DNA of 63,810 nt from Paraspadella gotoi (taxonomy: Eukaryota; Animalia; Chaetognatha), in assembly GCA_051294375.1 (NCBI GenBank), contig CM119266.1:6341431-6405240 (forward strand), given 5' to 3'. Of this stretch, positions 26,198-38,290 are shown piece after piece. Numbering within the stretch: the first letter of the stretch is position 1; each line of letters starts with the position of its first letter. The position numbers and the translations under genes were made by a program. A model generated the notes under the pieces. That model saw only the letters and a program-made list of their open reading frames with translations, did not search any database and was not told where the DNA came from.

Positions 26198-27629
26198 TCC
26201 TCTCTTCTTCTCTCTCCCTACTCTCGTGGGCGGCAAATCCAAGTCCATTTTAACCGACAACGCCGACCGTAGTCATTTCCTCATATCGTCGTCATTTGTC
26301 AGTCGTCGTTTTTATCGTCGAATCCAACGCGTCTTATCGTAGGAGGCAATTGTTCGCCTTAATCCGACATTAACTTTTTGCCGTCGTCGTCGTCGTCGGT
26401 CGTCGTCGCGTCGTCTTCGGCCTCATCGTCAATCGTCGTTCGTTCACGCCTGGATTCTCTTCTATAAAAAGTCGACGTCTTTTCGCCAAAAAATCCATAA
26501 ATCGAAACTAACCTTTCAACTCACTCACCTTCTCTCAAAAAAGCCTTACCCATTTATCCAACGAAATCTTCTTCTACTTCTCAATCAAAAAACTCTCCCT
26601 GTTCTCCTCACCATGTTCTTGCCATGCTTGCCATGTTCCATCTCCCATCTCAATCTCCACCTCCTCATCCATGTTCTAATTCTCGCGGCGCCAAACTCCT
26701 CCGGCGTCAATTCGAGAGCTCTGAAGCCTTCGACGCGCATTCGGCCGCCGCTTTCCATCCACGACGCCCGCCTCTCATTCGACGGCGTCGGTCAACGAGC
26801 CGCGAAGATGGCTTACGACTATCTCCGGAACCGAAAATTCGTCGCCGCTTCATTGTTCGGTCGAACGACCGAAAGGGCGCGCCATTCGACGGCTCGTTTC
26901 TCAAAACGACGAGATCGCCGCTCGCCCGAATCGGAGAATCGACTTGGACGAGCTTCTCGGCGATGTCGGGCGGCTACCGTCGGCGGAGCCTCCAAGAAAC
27001 TTTCGCCGCAAGTTGATCAAGATCCTGACCTCCCAGCGCCCAGTGTCCCGTCGTCTACCCGAGTGGACGATCTGGGCGAGAAGTTCTGGCCCGCGGCTAC
27101 GTCCGCAGCGGCAGCTGCCGCGCCAGAGGACCTGCAGCTTTCCTTCGGAATGGGACTGCAAACCGCGCGAAGAATCTCACCTCACGCTGCGCTCGACCTT
27201 ATGGGCCAGCAGAAGGTGGGGGAAAGCTGCAGTGGAGCCTTTCAATTCCAGACTCAACTGCCGGTGGATAGCGGTCAAGTTTCCCCGTCATCACAAATGC
27301 AAAATGTCTTGCTGAAGAAGTCAGTCTGGAGAGGCTCTGTTCAACTTTCAATATTCTTTATTGTACTTGTTTAAATATTTATTGTAATGCGTTAAATTTT
27401 TGTCTGTTTGCTGACGTTTTGAGAAAACTTGTGATAAACTTGCTGTCTTGATGTGATTAATAAATCATTAAAGGCAACTTGAATCTTATTGTTTGTTTTA
27501 CATTTCTTATATTAATCATTTTAGAGAGTTGAATAATTTTCCAGAAGATTTGCAAATACTTTGTCGTTGTTTAGGATTAAAACTAATTGTATTCTCTCTC
27601 TCTGTCTCTGTCTCTGTCCTCTCTCTCTT

Positions 27630-27681
<52 letters not shown>

Positions 27682-27685
27682 CTCT

Positions 27686-27725
<40 letters not shown>

Positions 27726-30700
27726 TTTTTCTCTGACTCTCTCTCCACCAAATTGAGCCGATGACCAGTCGACGAAAGGCACGAAATGTTCCTCACCCTT
27801 GGCACCTGACGATTTTCGTATCGGCCCCTGATGATTCTTCTCTCGGCACCGGATGCGCAACATAGACTTCTTTCCTTCGGTCGCCAGATTGTTCCAAAAA
27901 CAACAACAACATTAAACGACGTTCAAAGATCGGTTTGTCATTGGCGATGAGCTGATGTTTGGTCGACCTCGCTTTGACTCGGATGGAAATGGGATTTCTT
28001 AATGAAGGTATATCAGGGAGCGACGTTTTTAAGTATTCATTAGTGAGAGAGGCGGAGTGGGAGAGAGTAAGAGAGAGTGAGAGAGACTAGAGACGTGAGA
28101 GAGAAGAGAGAGAGAGATGGAGACGAGACGACGAGCTTTTCTCTCGTGATGAGAGAGAGAGAGAGAGTGAGAGAGATAGAGATGAGAGAGAGAGGAGAGA
28201 TAGAGAGTGAGAAGAGATAGAGAGTGAGAGAGGATAGAGAGTGAAAGAGAGAGAGAGAGAGAGGAGATTTTTTAAAATTTTTGATATTTCAGCCCGTCAG
28301 TGATGAACTGGGCGGGGCGGTAGTCCCTTGTTGTGTTGATATTATTGTAGTTGATATTATTTCGTACTTGTCGAGTAAGATGTGGGTTGAGAACCGTAAT
28401 CCATGAGTTTGGGTTTTGCCACGTTAGCTCTCTAAGCCATTGGCATTCTTTCAATCTCTAGTTGAAAATGGTTCCGATAATTAAGTAAAGGGAAAGTAGG
28501 ATAATGAACGCCGTTTTGATAAATGTACCATTTCATGATTGTTACAAAACAAAATACTATCTACCATGACTTTAAATTCGATTTAATTGTTCTACACTAA
28601 AAATAACTAAACCATAAAACAAACAAAATAAACAAGAGTTTCGGAGATACAATGAAGACTTAGAGAAGCGCCTTCCAGGAAGAAACAAAAAGAAGATCCA
28701 TCGACGGTGGCGACGACGAACGAATAAACAAGGAGTTAAGCCAACTAACAAAGGAAACAATGGACCGAGGCAAACAAACAGAACGAGGGTGAGAAACAAA
28801 ATTGTATGGAAACAATCTGACGAACGCTAACGAGCTTCGGGCGCATGAGATCGTAACCAAGGGGATTCAGCTCGGCAGTGAAAACGAATAAAATGAGAAA
28901 GATGAAAAGATATTATAATCTAATGATAGGAATTGAATGATTTGAATTAAAGTTAGGACCCGAAAAGAGAACAAAAGAAAAGAAATGAAAGAAACAAGCA
29001 ACTTGAAATATAGAAGAAAGAAAAAATAGAAAGAAAAAAGAAAAATAAAAAAAAAAAAAAAAAGAAAGAAACCAAATTCGGACTTTCCTCTTTTAGCTTT
29101 CGTGCGGCCGATTTGAAAGACGCGAAATTTGACTGAAACACAACTCATAACACGAAATCGATTCGACCTCATTTATATTTTATAATTTAACTTCATTAAT
29201 GGAAAAGCCAATAACTTTTTTTTGTCCTTCCTCTAAAAAAAATCATTTTTAACCAGTTTACTCTAAAAAAAAAACTCACTGAAGAGAAAGAGTTAAAAGT
29301 AAGACCGTATATACTGCGTTTTTCCTGTCACACTTGAATGACCGAACTTGAACGAGCTGAATACCTCAGCTTCGAATCGACGAAAATATGTTGGCAAACA
29401 ATTTAACAAAAAATAATGAATTGTAATAATTTTTGAAAATAAATTATACCGAATAAAACATAATTCCGAAGATTTTTTAGAGAATTTAAAAGCACTCTCG
29501 TTATTTTAAGACAAAACAACAATTAAAAAAATAAATAAATAAAAAAGAAATAGAGAAACGTTTCCGGGCCTCTTATAAGCAATCTCTAAATCATATTTAG
29601 TTCTCTTTCATAAAATCATTTCATTAAATTAAACTTAAGTATTCAGTATAAATTCACTTTAAAACATGTCTAACTTTTTAACTTTACTAAGTTTAAGCGT
29701 AGGTTTATTCCTGTACGTTTACATTCTAACTTTTAGTTTGTTATTGTTTTATACATTAATCAAAGTTCAAAAATTATTCTTTTCCAACTATTGTTCTCCT
29801 CCTCCTCCCTCCTTCTCTCTTTCCTCCTTTCCTATCTTTGCGAGATTATCAATTTTATTTCTCAATTTAAAACTAAAAGGACTGTTGATTGTTCAAACTT
29901 TAACGCAAAGGGACCAGGCCTCAAATCAGCTGTTCACGTTTACGGTTCCTGATCTCTCAGAGTCAGCAGATCTGCATCCTCAATGCTGAATGTAATCTAT
30001 CTCGGAAAAAGTATATCACATTAATTTCATTTATTCAATAAAAAGTATACAAATATGGGTAAATCATTCTCACATATTCGGTCATACCTTCTTTCGCATT
30101 GACTAGTGCATAAAAAAATGGTTAATTTTAAAAATTTTAATTTATCGGGTTAAAATGCTAAAATTTACCAGTTAACCATTAAATCGCCTTAATTTGCCAA
30201 CTTTCATTATAATGAAAAACTAAGTAATAAAAAACTATATTTTTTATCTCTCTCTNNNNNNNNNNNNNNNNNNNNNNNNNTCTGAACCACAATCAAAACC
30301 AAGCAATGAGTCATCTGATTTAGAAATTAATGCTTTTGTGCTAGAATTGAAACCAATCCATGAATCTTCTGATGAAGAAATCTCACCGGAGCCTATTATT
30401 TCTGAACCACAATCAAAACCAAGCAGTAATATTTCTGAACCACAATCAAAACCAAGCACTAAATCATCTAATGCAGAAAGTTCTGAGAATATTATTTCTA
30501 AACCACAATCAAAACCAAGCAGTAAATCATATAATGCAGAAAGTTCCTTTGAGAGTACTATTTCTGAACCACAATCCAAACCAAGCAGTGAATCATCTAA
30601 ATCAAAAAGTTCTTCCGAACCACAATCCAAACCAAGCAGTGAATCTTCTAATACAGAAAGTTCTTCTGAGAGTAATATTTCTGAACCACAATCCAAACCA

Positions 30701-31893
30701 AGCAGTGAATCAACTAATGCAGTGATTACTTCTGAGAGTATTATTTCTGAACCACAATCAAAACCAAGCAGTGAATCATCTAATGTGGAAAGTTCTTCTG
30801 AGAGTATTATTTCTGAACCACAATCAAAACCAAGCAATGAGTCATCTGATTCAGAAATTAATACTTTTGTGCTAGAATTGAAACCAATCCATGAATCTTC
30901 TAATGAAGAAATCTCACCTGAGCCTATTATTTCTGAACCACAATCAAAACCAAGCAGTAATATTTCTGAACCACAATCAAAAACAAGCAGTAAATCATCT
31001 AATGTAGAAATATCCTCTGAGAGTATTAATTCTGAATCACAATCACAACCAAGCAAAGAACCATCAAATACAGGAAACTCATCTAAAAATCCGAGTTCTG
31101 GGCCGAAATCAAGACCGAGTTCAAAATCTAGCAATGACCCCATTGGACAGGTTTCTGCTTGCTTTAGTTGCAGTAGTTTTTTTTATAATGATGATGCTTG
31201 ATATTTATTTGTAAGTGTGATGGAGGCCTTAAACCGTCATAGCCTGTCCAAAGTCAGGGGCAAGATTATTTATTTAATAAATGTAAAGATAATTATTATA
31301 TTGGTTGTACCAATTTAATAAGATCACAGGATTGGCGAAACTGCATCTCAAAATTCCAATCCTAAAAATTCTCATTCCCACTTTTGTTGGATTCTCAGAT
31401 TTTCGACGAAATTGAAAAAATGTTGGGGATGCATTTTCCAAAGGAAATCAAGGATTTTTTGGGGGAAATGACTGAAGGATTGGCTAAAGAATTTCTTGGA
31501 AAACGTCTGAGATTGAAGGATGACTGGCGGAAACATATTGAACGTAAATAGATATAAATAAATATCCTAACAAGTTTTTGAAAGCGCCCTAACTTTAATT
31601 CCTTCCTTTAATCTTTAAGATTAATCCCTAATCCTTAATCCTAAACCCTTACCGAACCTCTTGTATTAATAGGCTAACACTAAAACTTAACCTACGTATT
31701 TCTAAACCCGCGTTAGAAAAATATGACAAATAAAATAAACTCGAACGACGATAATAATGATTTTGATACTGAGATGGAATAGAATTTTTTGTTTTAAGGT
31801 TTGACCAAAAAGATCGATGTAACAAAGTTGGTTCAAGGAGAAAAGAAAAAAATTGCCGACGCCATCTTGAACGCGATCGTTGAAAAAGTTTGA
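18091..31893 (+). CDS. Secreted acidic Ser/Glu/Pro-rich tandem-repeat protein, 7 exons; the repeat exon is interrupted by the fold-back artefact and a gap
   Basis: Phase-consistent exons: 18091-18175 (signal peptide MGGKLATLLLLLSVLTFESGFS), 18395-18442 (..HRRLARNF), 18637-18971 (Glu/Asp-rich), 19396-19492, 19581-[~21657 / 30281]-31150 (repeat SEPQSKPSSESSNAESSSESII), 31399-31543 (IFDEIEKMLGMHFPKEIKDFLGEM..), 31799-31893 (RLTKKIDV..AIVEKV*). Confidence 0.75.
19690..21657 (+). repeat. 66-bp coding minisatellite (22-aa unit), ~30 units here, continuing at 30281-31060
   Basis: Unit TCTGAACCACAATCCAAACCAAGCAGTGAATCATCTAATGCAGAAAGTTCTTCTGAGAGTATTATT. Clean at 21150-21657 and 30281-31060; full of small indels at ~19770-21130. 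Confidence 0.95.
21658..30255 (-). other. Inverted, indel-rich copy of ~13660-21657; probable long-read fold-back artefact
   Basis: The sequence reverses near 21657 (CCAAGCCTGGGTTCAGAAAT) and retraces the left arm with scattered 1-2 nt indels. It ends in ATCTCTCTCT (30246-30255) and a 25-N gap (30256-30280), after which the interrupted gene resumes in its original orientation. Confidence 0.88.
26613..27315 (+). pseudogene. Frameshifted mirror copy of noggin-like C inside the fold-back; likely not a real locus
   Basis: Reverse complement of 16368-17051 with many indels; noggin-like peptide fragments are scattered over ORFs 26613, 26624 and 26944. Confidence 0.8.
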
Positions 31894-33354
31894 AGTGAAA
31901 CAAAAGGGCAGCGTCGAAGAAAAAAAGAAAAAAAGTTATCTATTAGCGAATTTAAGAAAGAAGAAAAAAAGATTAATACACGTTTAAGCTTCTGTTTTGA
32001 AATGACGGTCCCACTTTTTTTTTATCAATGAGATTTGCCTTGATTTGCAGAGAGATGGAGTTTTTCTGACTTTTCATGAAATTAATATTAAAAAGGATAA
32101 GAAAATTTACGCTTTTTTGGATATCAATTCCTAATTGAATTATGATGACGATGATGACAATGTGGATGACGATGATAATGACTATCATTTACCAACGGTG
32201 TGATTTGTCTTATTCGTCATAATCCCTCCTGTATTGAGCTTTTATGGATCATCTCTTTAAGTCAAGCGCTCTTTCTTTATCTCCCTCTGTCTCTCTTTCT
32301 CTTTCTCTTTACCTCTCTCTCTCTCTCTCTCTCTCTCTCCCCCCGGGGTACCTCAACTAGAACATAAAAATCTTAAGAAATCGCTCCAATAAACCCGGCT
32401 CGTCCTGATTCGCCATCCTGTGTACAGTCTTTAAAAAATCGTCTTCATTAGTCGGAATCCTCTTTTCTTCGTTTATGATGTTCGCTCTATCGTCGTTTTC
32501 GTCTCCTTGGCAACGCCGGACGCGTTCGGCGGCTGCAAGCGGCGGCCGGCGGCGGAGGCGGCTGAAGCGGTTGCGCGGCCCATCTGGCGACGAAAGAAGG
32601 ACTGGTGGTTCATCGGCGGACGATAGAATTGACTCTCTCGATCCAGGTGCGCCGCCGCGTACGCCGCGGATCGTTTCGCCGCACGAGCCACCGCAGCCGC
32701 CGCGGTCTTCTCCAGGTGCGTCAAGGATGTGGACGAGACGCTTCGGCGCCGGAAGATCTCGATGAAGAGACGAGGATCGAATTGTCCTTAAGATGAAAGA
32801 GGAGGCGAAGGAAGAGTTGGAGAGGTCGGGGGGGGGAGAGAGGGGGGGGTCCAGAGCTTTTTCGTCGATTGTGCCTTTGAGTTTGAACTTTGAACTTTAT
32901 CGTTGTTGTTATCATAATTATGATTTTAAAAGGAATTCGATTGATAAGCGAATAATTGAAACTTCGCGTGAATATTTCGCCTCAAGTGATCGAAATGTTC
33001 GGAATTTCCGGGGTTTAAATTACAATAATGGATGTTCTCCTCTGCTCTTCGTTCCAAATATTAAACGTGACAATATACCTAAATCTCTTTCCCATAAATT
33101 CTTAAATTAACTAATTAGCTTTTTAAAAAATTCCAGGAAATTCTTTCATGTCATCTTCCCCGATGCTCTTTTTTCTTCGGGATCTCCCTCTGTTGGGAGA
33201 AATTGGAAATTCGCGAGAAGTTTTGGCGGGAAACAAAAGGTAAACGGGGACGACAATGGGTCAATGGACTAATTATGAATCGAAATCGAAGATAATTAAT
33301 TCGTCGTTGTTGTTATTGTTGTTGTCGTCGTCGTCGTCCTCCTTCGATCGTCGG

Positions 33355-33414
33355 AAGTCGCGAAGATGGCGCTGGCCGTCGCCGGATGATTCCAGGTGTG
33401 GCATCGATATACAC

Positions 33415-33479
<65 letters not shown>

Positions 33480-33680
33480 ATTGAAGAAAAACAAAGTTTT
33501 TCAATACACATCCGGTCAGACATAGTGTCGCCAGAAGAGACAAAGGATGTTCATGGGAAAGTTTTTCTCGGAACGCAGATGGAGATGGAGAGGATTTGAT
33601 AGAGACAGAGTGGCGCCGGACGAGACAAAGGATGCGGCCGATGGTCAGAGAAAACGTCTTGTTTAAACACGGATGGAGAG
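33355..33680 (-). promoter_or_regulatory. Tandem array C of Smad composite elements with flanking CACCTGG block (orphan copy)
   Basis: AGAC atagt GTCGCC at 33518-33532 and AGAC agagt GGCGCC at 33603-33617 (period 85). Reverse-complement CACCTGGAATCATCCGGCGACG..CGCCATCTT at ~33364-33398. Confidence 0.55.
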
Positions 33681-33836
33681 AGAGTCGCTTTGATTGAGAT
33701 AGAGTCGATTTAAGAGACTCGAGAGAAACAAAGACTTGCTTACTTCCTCGAGTCTTTCATTGAATGTTTATTCGATCGATGCTTGCTCGATCGATGCTTG
33801 TTCCATCATATACGGTCTTTTCATACAATATATATA

Positions 33837-34118
33837 TATGAAATTGGTACAACCAATATAAAAATTATCCATTCATTATCCATTCATATATACAATATTG
33901 AAATATTATGCCACTTCATTGATTGGGAAGCCAAGTACACTGGTAGTGAATAGACAAGACTGTGAGTGTGAGAGAGACTTGATAGAAATCTTGCAGGGAT
34001 CTGCTATTTCATTATCTTGTAAGGCCTTAAACCACCAAAGCCTTCCCAAAGTCAGGGGTAAGATAGCTTATTTATTAAATGAATGGATAATTATTATATT
34101 GGTTGTACCAATTTCATA
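33837..34118. mobile_element. MITE with ~41-bp terminal inverted repeats
   Basis: TATGAAATTGGTACAACCAATATAAAAATTATCCATTCATT (33837-33877) pairs with AATGAATGGATAATTATTATATTGGTTGTACCAATTTCATA (34078-34118); TA at both ends. A diverged right half lies at ~31210-31318, in an intron of the Ser-rich gene. Confidence 0.75.
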
Positions 34119-34370
34119 ATATTTAATCTAATATATAATCTAATCTATAATAAAATAAGCCTCTTACTATCTCTCTCTCTCTTTCTCTCTCTCCCTCCCT
34201 CTCTCTCTTTCTCTCATTGGAGATATAAGTGAATTGAAATATTTATAAAAATATAATTTTTATAAATACACTTGTAATTCCCACAAAGAAACTCTATTTG
34301 CGCATTGAAATATTTCAAACGTTTTTTTTAAGAATCAACCGTCACTCAATCACTTAATCCCGAAAATTCT

Positions 34371-36589
34371 CTATTCCTGAAAAATCCCCATAATGATTTC
34401 GGCGGGAGTGAAGTATTTCTCTCTGGGGCATTCCTGGATTCGGACATGACCAAGAACTCTCGTTGTCTGATCGCAGTTTTCAAACCACCAACCGAACCCC
34501 AGTTTTTCGCTGCAATTCTCGAACCAAATGTTGTCCTCGTACTTGTCTTTGGTGACAAATTTCAAGTCCCGTAAGAATTTAAAAAAGTCGCAGGGGGGAT
34601 CCGAGTGAAGGTTGTTCCACGTCATTAAATCCCCAAAGGCCCAGCGATACAGGTCATCTTCTCCATTCACCTGGTGTTAGATAAAAATTTCATTGTGCTT
34701 TGTACTATGAATGTACTAAGTATATATTTAGAACCGTTTAAGCCCCGGACCCGGCGGTATTTCGGAGTATTTTTTGTTTTTTTCTAAAACAGCCATGAAA
34801 CAGGTCCTGGGCTTTGAATCAGACTTGAGGGGTCGCTACGACATCAAGCCACTTTACGACTGTCCTCACGCTTCCCAAAAAGCAGGAACTGGGTAAGGGT
34901 TGAACACGGAACGTGGTAATAACTGATAGCTTTACTTAATGGTTAATTGGGGGGTGAACTTGGGGAATGCCCCCTCTAAAGGATTGCAACTAGTGGTTTT
35001 ACCGGCAAGCTTTTTATGCCAGATCTATCTGTTTCATTCAGGATCAAAACCTTGGTACCCTTTCTCTCAAATTGTGACAAAAAGTAGACAATAGTCCCAC
35101 CTTGAAATCTTTCCAGACGGCGACTCCCCACTGTCCCTTCCTTGGGTCATCCTCGCTGTACTCTGTTGCGCTATCACCCACTTTCCACCATTTCATCTTC
35201 AGTACGAGGTACCAATTTCCGGTTTGGGTCAGTTCATGCAATTTCTCCAGTCCGAGCCAAAGGTTTTTCCCTAAAATCAACTGTTTTTTTAGAAAAAAAA
35301 TTCTTAAAATGTCACGTTTTGTCACGGTACCACATAATCAACGCCCACGCACATTCCCAATTCTATTCGTCGCGGGTTCGATCCCAGAGCTTCCCCGCTT
35401 CCCATTGGTGAATATCCTTCATGGATAGTTATTCTAACCCTCGGTGCAATTGTGGTGCCTCCAGCATTGTGACACACAACTCAACAGTTTTTGAAAATTA
35501 CAACCTTATTACGACTTATTCCTAAAAACGTGAAACATACCAAAAAAAATTATTTGAACCTTTGGCAAATCCAGCTTTGTATTCGCTCCATTGATTTTTC
35601 TCTTTGAAAACTTCGGATCCTTCAGAGTACAGGGTGTGCCAAGCGAAGGGAATAAATTTGTTGTCGGGAGAGTATCCTAAACGACATTAATAATTCGAAT
35701 TTTTAATCTAAACTATCACGACCGACTTACTTTCAAGTCACTTACCAAGAATTTGATTTATCAAGGTTCCCGGGATCGGAGCTAAAGTCGGCAACGGAAC
35801 TGTCGTCTTTATCGTTTTCCGCGTCGTTGGTATCAGCCAAGATTTTGTTGTTGCTGCCTCGAATTTATCAGTAGATGTAATATTTGAAGTTGTCATTGAT
35901 TCTGAATAAGTGACACGTAGTCTCTAACCGAATTCCCCAACTTAATCCCTAACCTTATTCTTAACTCTGACCTCTGACCTAATATTTAAACTTAAAATAA
36001 ATACCGTTGCGATCTTCTCGAGCCAGTTTCAAAATGAGATGCAAGTTTTCATTTTTCAATCTTTCAATTTCGATCGTTAAGTCTTTCTTCTCGACTCCAT
36101 TTCTCGCCTCCACCGGAGAAACTTCGACGGTCTGATTAAAACGATCTCTCGTTTATATGTACAATCGATTTTTTTGACAATTAATATTTATTATTTTTTA
36201 TTTATGCGTTTAGTTTATAGCTTATTTGTTTCTTGTTAACTTAACTTCGATTTGCGATGGAGAAATGCGAGGCCTAGAAAAAAGATTGAGCAGTAATTAC
36301 TTTTACTATGAAAAGGCAGTTATAATTAACAGGAATGAAAATTTTATCTTTGTTTATTCATTTATCATATCATCAATTAAAAAATAAGTGAAAATAGTTG
36401 GCAAAAAAAAAATATCTTCTCCATTATGAAAATACCATTCATGCTTCTGATACTAATAATGCATGTGATGTCTTTAAAAAAAAGTAATCCATAAATAGGC
36501 CCACCAATTTAGTATTGTTTCACCTTCTCACCTTGTCCGATGCCACTGGCCAGAATCAACAACAAAGTAATCTCAAACACTTTGGCCAT
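34371..36589 (-). CDS. Secreted fibrinogen-related domain (FReD) protein, ~311 aa, divergent
   Basis: Exons 36524-36589 (signal peptide MAKVFEITLLLILASGIG), 36005-36131 (short coiled coil), 35746-35901 (Thr-rich), 35560-35676 (..NQWSEYKAGFAK), 35101-35270 (GKNLWLGLEKLHELTQ..) and 34371-34670 (..FVTKDK..NCSEKLGFGWWFENC..). WxEYKxGF, WLGLEKLHxLT and GWWFxxC are fibrinogen C-domain hallmarks. The 5' exon junctions are uncertain (possible micro-exon at 36246-36273). Confidence 0.85.
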
Positions 36590-36794
36590 TTTTTTTTTAA
36601 ATGAAATTTCCTTACTTATAACAAAAGTTGATATCTCGATTAGGAGAGTAACAGCATTATTTGGAAAGAAATCTTGAAATAAAGTTTTTAAAAAAGTTTA
36701 TATTTTTTCTTTAGGTACAAAGCCAGTTTTTAAAAGGGATAGCAAACATCGATAAGCAGAGTCAATGTTGAGAAAGAGTCACCTGTCATCTTTT

Positions 36795-37042
36795 CGATTT
36801 CAAGATTCTCACAGCTTGATTTCCCGATTCTAACAACTTGATTTCCCGATTCTAACAACTTGATTTTCTGATTCAAACAACCTGCTCTTCCCATTGTAAC
36901 AGGTTCATTTCCCGATTCCCACTGCTTCATTTCCTGATTCAAACAACCTGCTGTTCCTATCCTAACTGCTTGATTTCCTGATATTGAAAGCTCGAATTAC
37001 CAATTCTATCAGCTTTATTATATTTCTGATTTTCCGATTCAA
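36795..37042. repeat. Degenerate ~21-bp tandem repeat
   Basis: Recurring CTTGATTTCCCGATTCTAACA-like units upstream of the FReD gene. Confidence 0.7.
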
Positions 37043-37764
37043 ACTTCTGGCCTTCACTTAATACGTATGCATTGTATACTATGCATACTATGCATACAAT
37101 GCAATCTAAGATTTTTATCGGTTTAATTTAAATTTCGCGAACGATTCGATTTCATTCACCGCCGCGCTTATTAGCCGAATATCGATTCGGCCCGATTCCA
37201 TGAACCGGCCAGTATTGATCACGTCGACGGCCCGTTCCTTCCCGGCACCGGACGGCCCCTTTTTCGGGCACCGGATGCGTCACCCTGGCCCGCATCGTCG
37301 CCCGATGTTCCCTTCTCCGTCGCCAGATGCCGTTTCGCCTCCTCCTCCTACCCTGGTTCTTTTGTTTTCCTAAACAACAACAAAAAGATATCGAAATTAG
37401 ATTCGAAACGTCCCTTAGCGACGGGGGAGCTCGCTCCTTAGCAACCGAGGACGCCCGACCTCCTTCGGCCAAAAAAAAACCGAAGACAAAAGACGAATTA
37501 GCGAGAATGAAAAACAAACTAGCGAAAGGGGGCGGTTCCTGCGCGGGGCAGGGCGGTCATGGGGCGGTCTCGCGGCGGCGAGGTCAACGGCAGAGCGATT
37601 AATCATGTGATCCGACTAATAATCCGAGTTTGACATATGGAATTAATTAGCATCAAAGGAATTCGAAAGGATTATTGTTAAGGAATGGAATTCATTTGAT
37701 CGTCGTCGTTTTCGTCGTCGTCGTCGTCGTCGGCCTCATTGGACACATCCCGCGACGGAGGCGG

Positions 37765-38290
37765 CGAGAGATGGCGTTGGCGGACGGCGTAGCGTCGCCA
37801 GAGGATTCCAGGTGTCGCGACGAAAGGAAAAGAAAGAAAAAGGAAAGGAAAGAAAGAAATAAAGGAAAAATGTGAAGGAAAAAGCAAAGATTGTGAACAG
37901 TGAAATTCCGGTGAGACAGAGTGTCGCCAGAAGAGACAAAGGATGTTCATGAGAAAGTCTTTTTAAAACGCAGATGGAGACGGAGAGAGTTTGAGGGAGA
38001 CAGAGTGTCGCCAGAAGAGACAAAGGATGTTCATGGGAATATTTTCCTCGGCACACAGATGGAGAGCGAGAGGGTTCGTTTGAGACAGAGCGACGCCGGA
38101 AGAGTCCGAGGATGTTCATGGGAAATATCTTTCTTTAAACGCAGATGGAGATGGAGTGAGTTCGATAGAGACAGAGCGACGCCAGAAGAGTCAAAGGATG
38201 CGGGGGATTTTCTTAAGAATCTCTCTTCGAATCGCAGATGGAGAGTGAGTTCATTAGATAGAGACAGAGTCAAAGGATGCGACGACGGAG
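37765..38290 (-). promoter_or_regulatory. Tandem array D of Smad composite elements, upstream of noggin-like D
   Basis: AGAC-N5-GNCGYC at 37914-37928, 37998-38012, 38083-38097 and 38169-38183 (periods 84, 85, 86). A fifth unit near 38260 has lost the GC half-site. The flanking CACCTGG block is at ~37770-37815. Confidence 0.6.

Noticed and set aside
26613-27374. A fifth genuine noggin-like paralog
   Set aside because: It mirrors noggin-like C together with 8 kb of flank, with random indels typical of an unpolished read.
30244-31143. 299-aa minus-strand ORF (LDDSLLGFDCGSEII repeats) and similar ORFs at 19537-20042 and 21278-21595
   Set aside because: Antisense shadows of the 66-bp coding repeat; splice signals and the signal peptide support the + strand.
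32473-32800. GC-rich island as a coding exon
   Set aside because: Short ORFs in several frames with no recognisable product or splice partners; it carries the shared CATCTGGCGAC motif, so it is treated as possibly regulatory.
35375-35386. GGGTTCGATCCC B-box-like motif (tRNA or SINE) in a FReD intron
   Set aside because: No A box or cloverleaf could be built around it; at most a SINE remnant.
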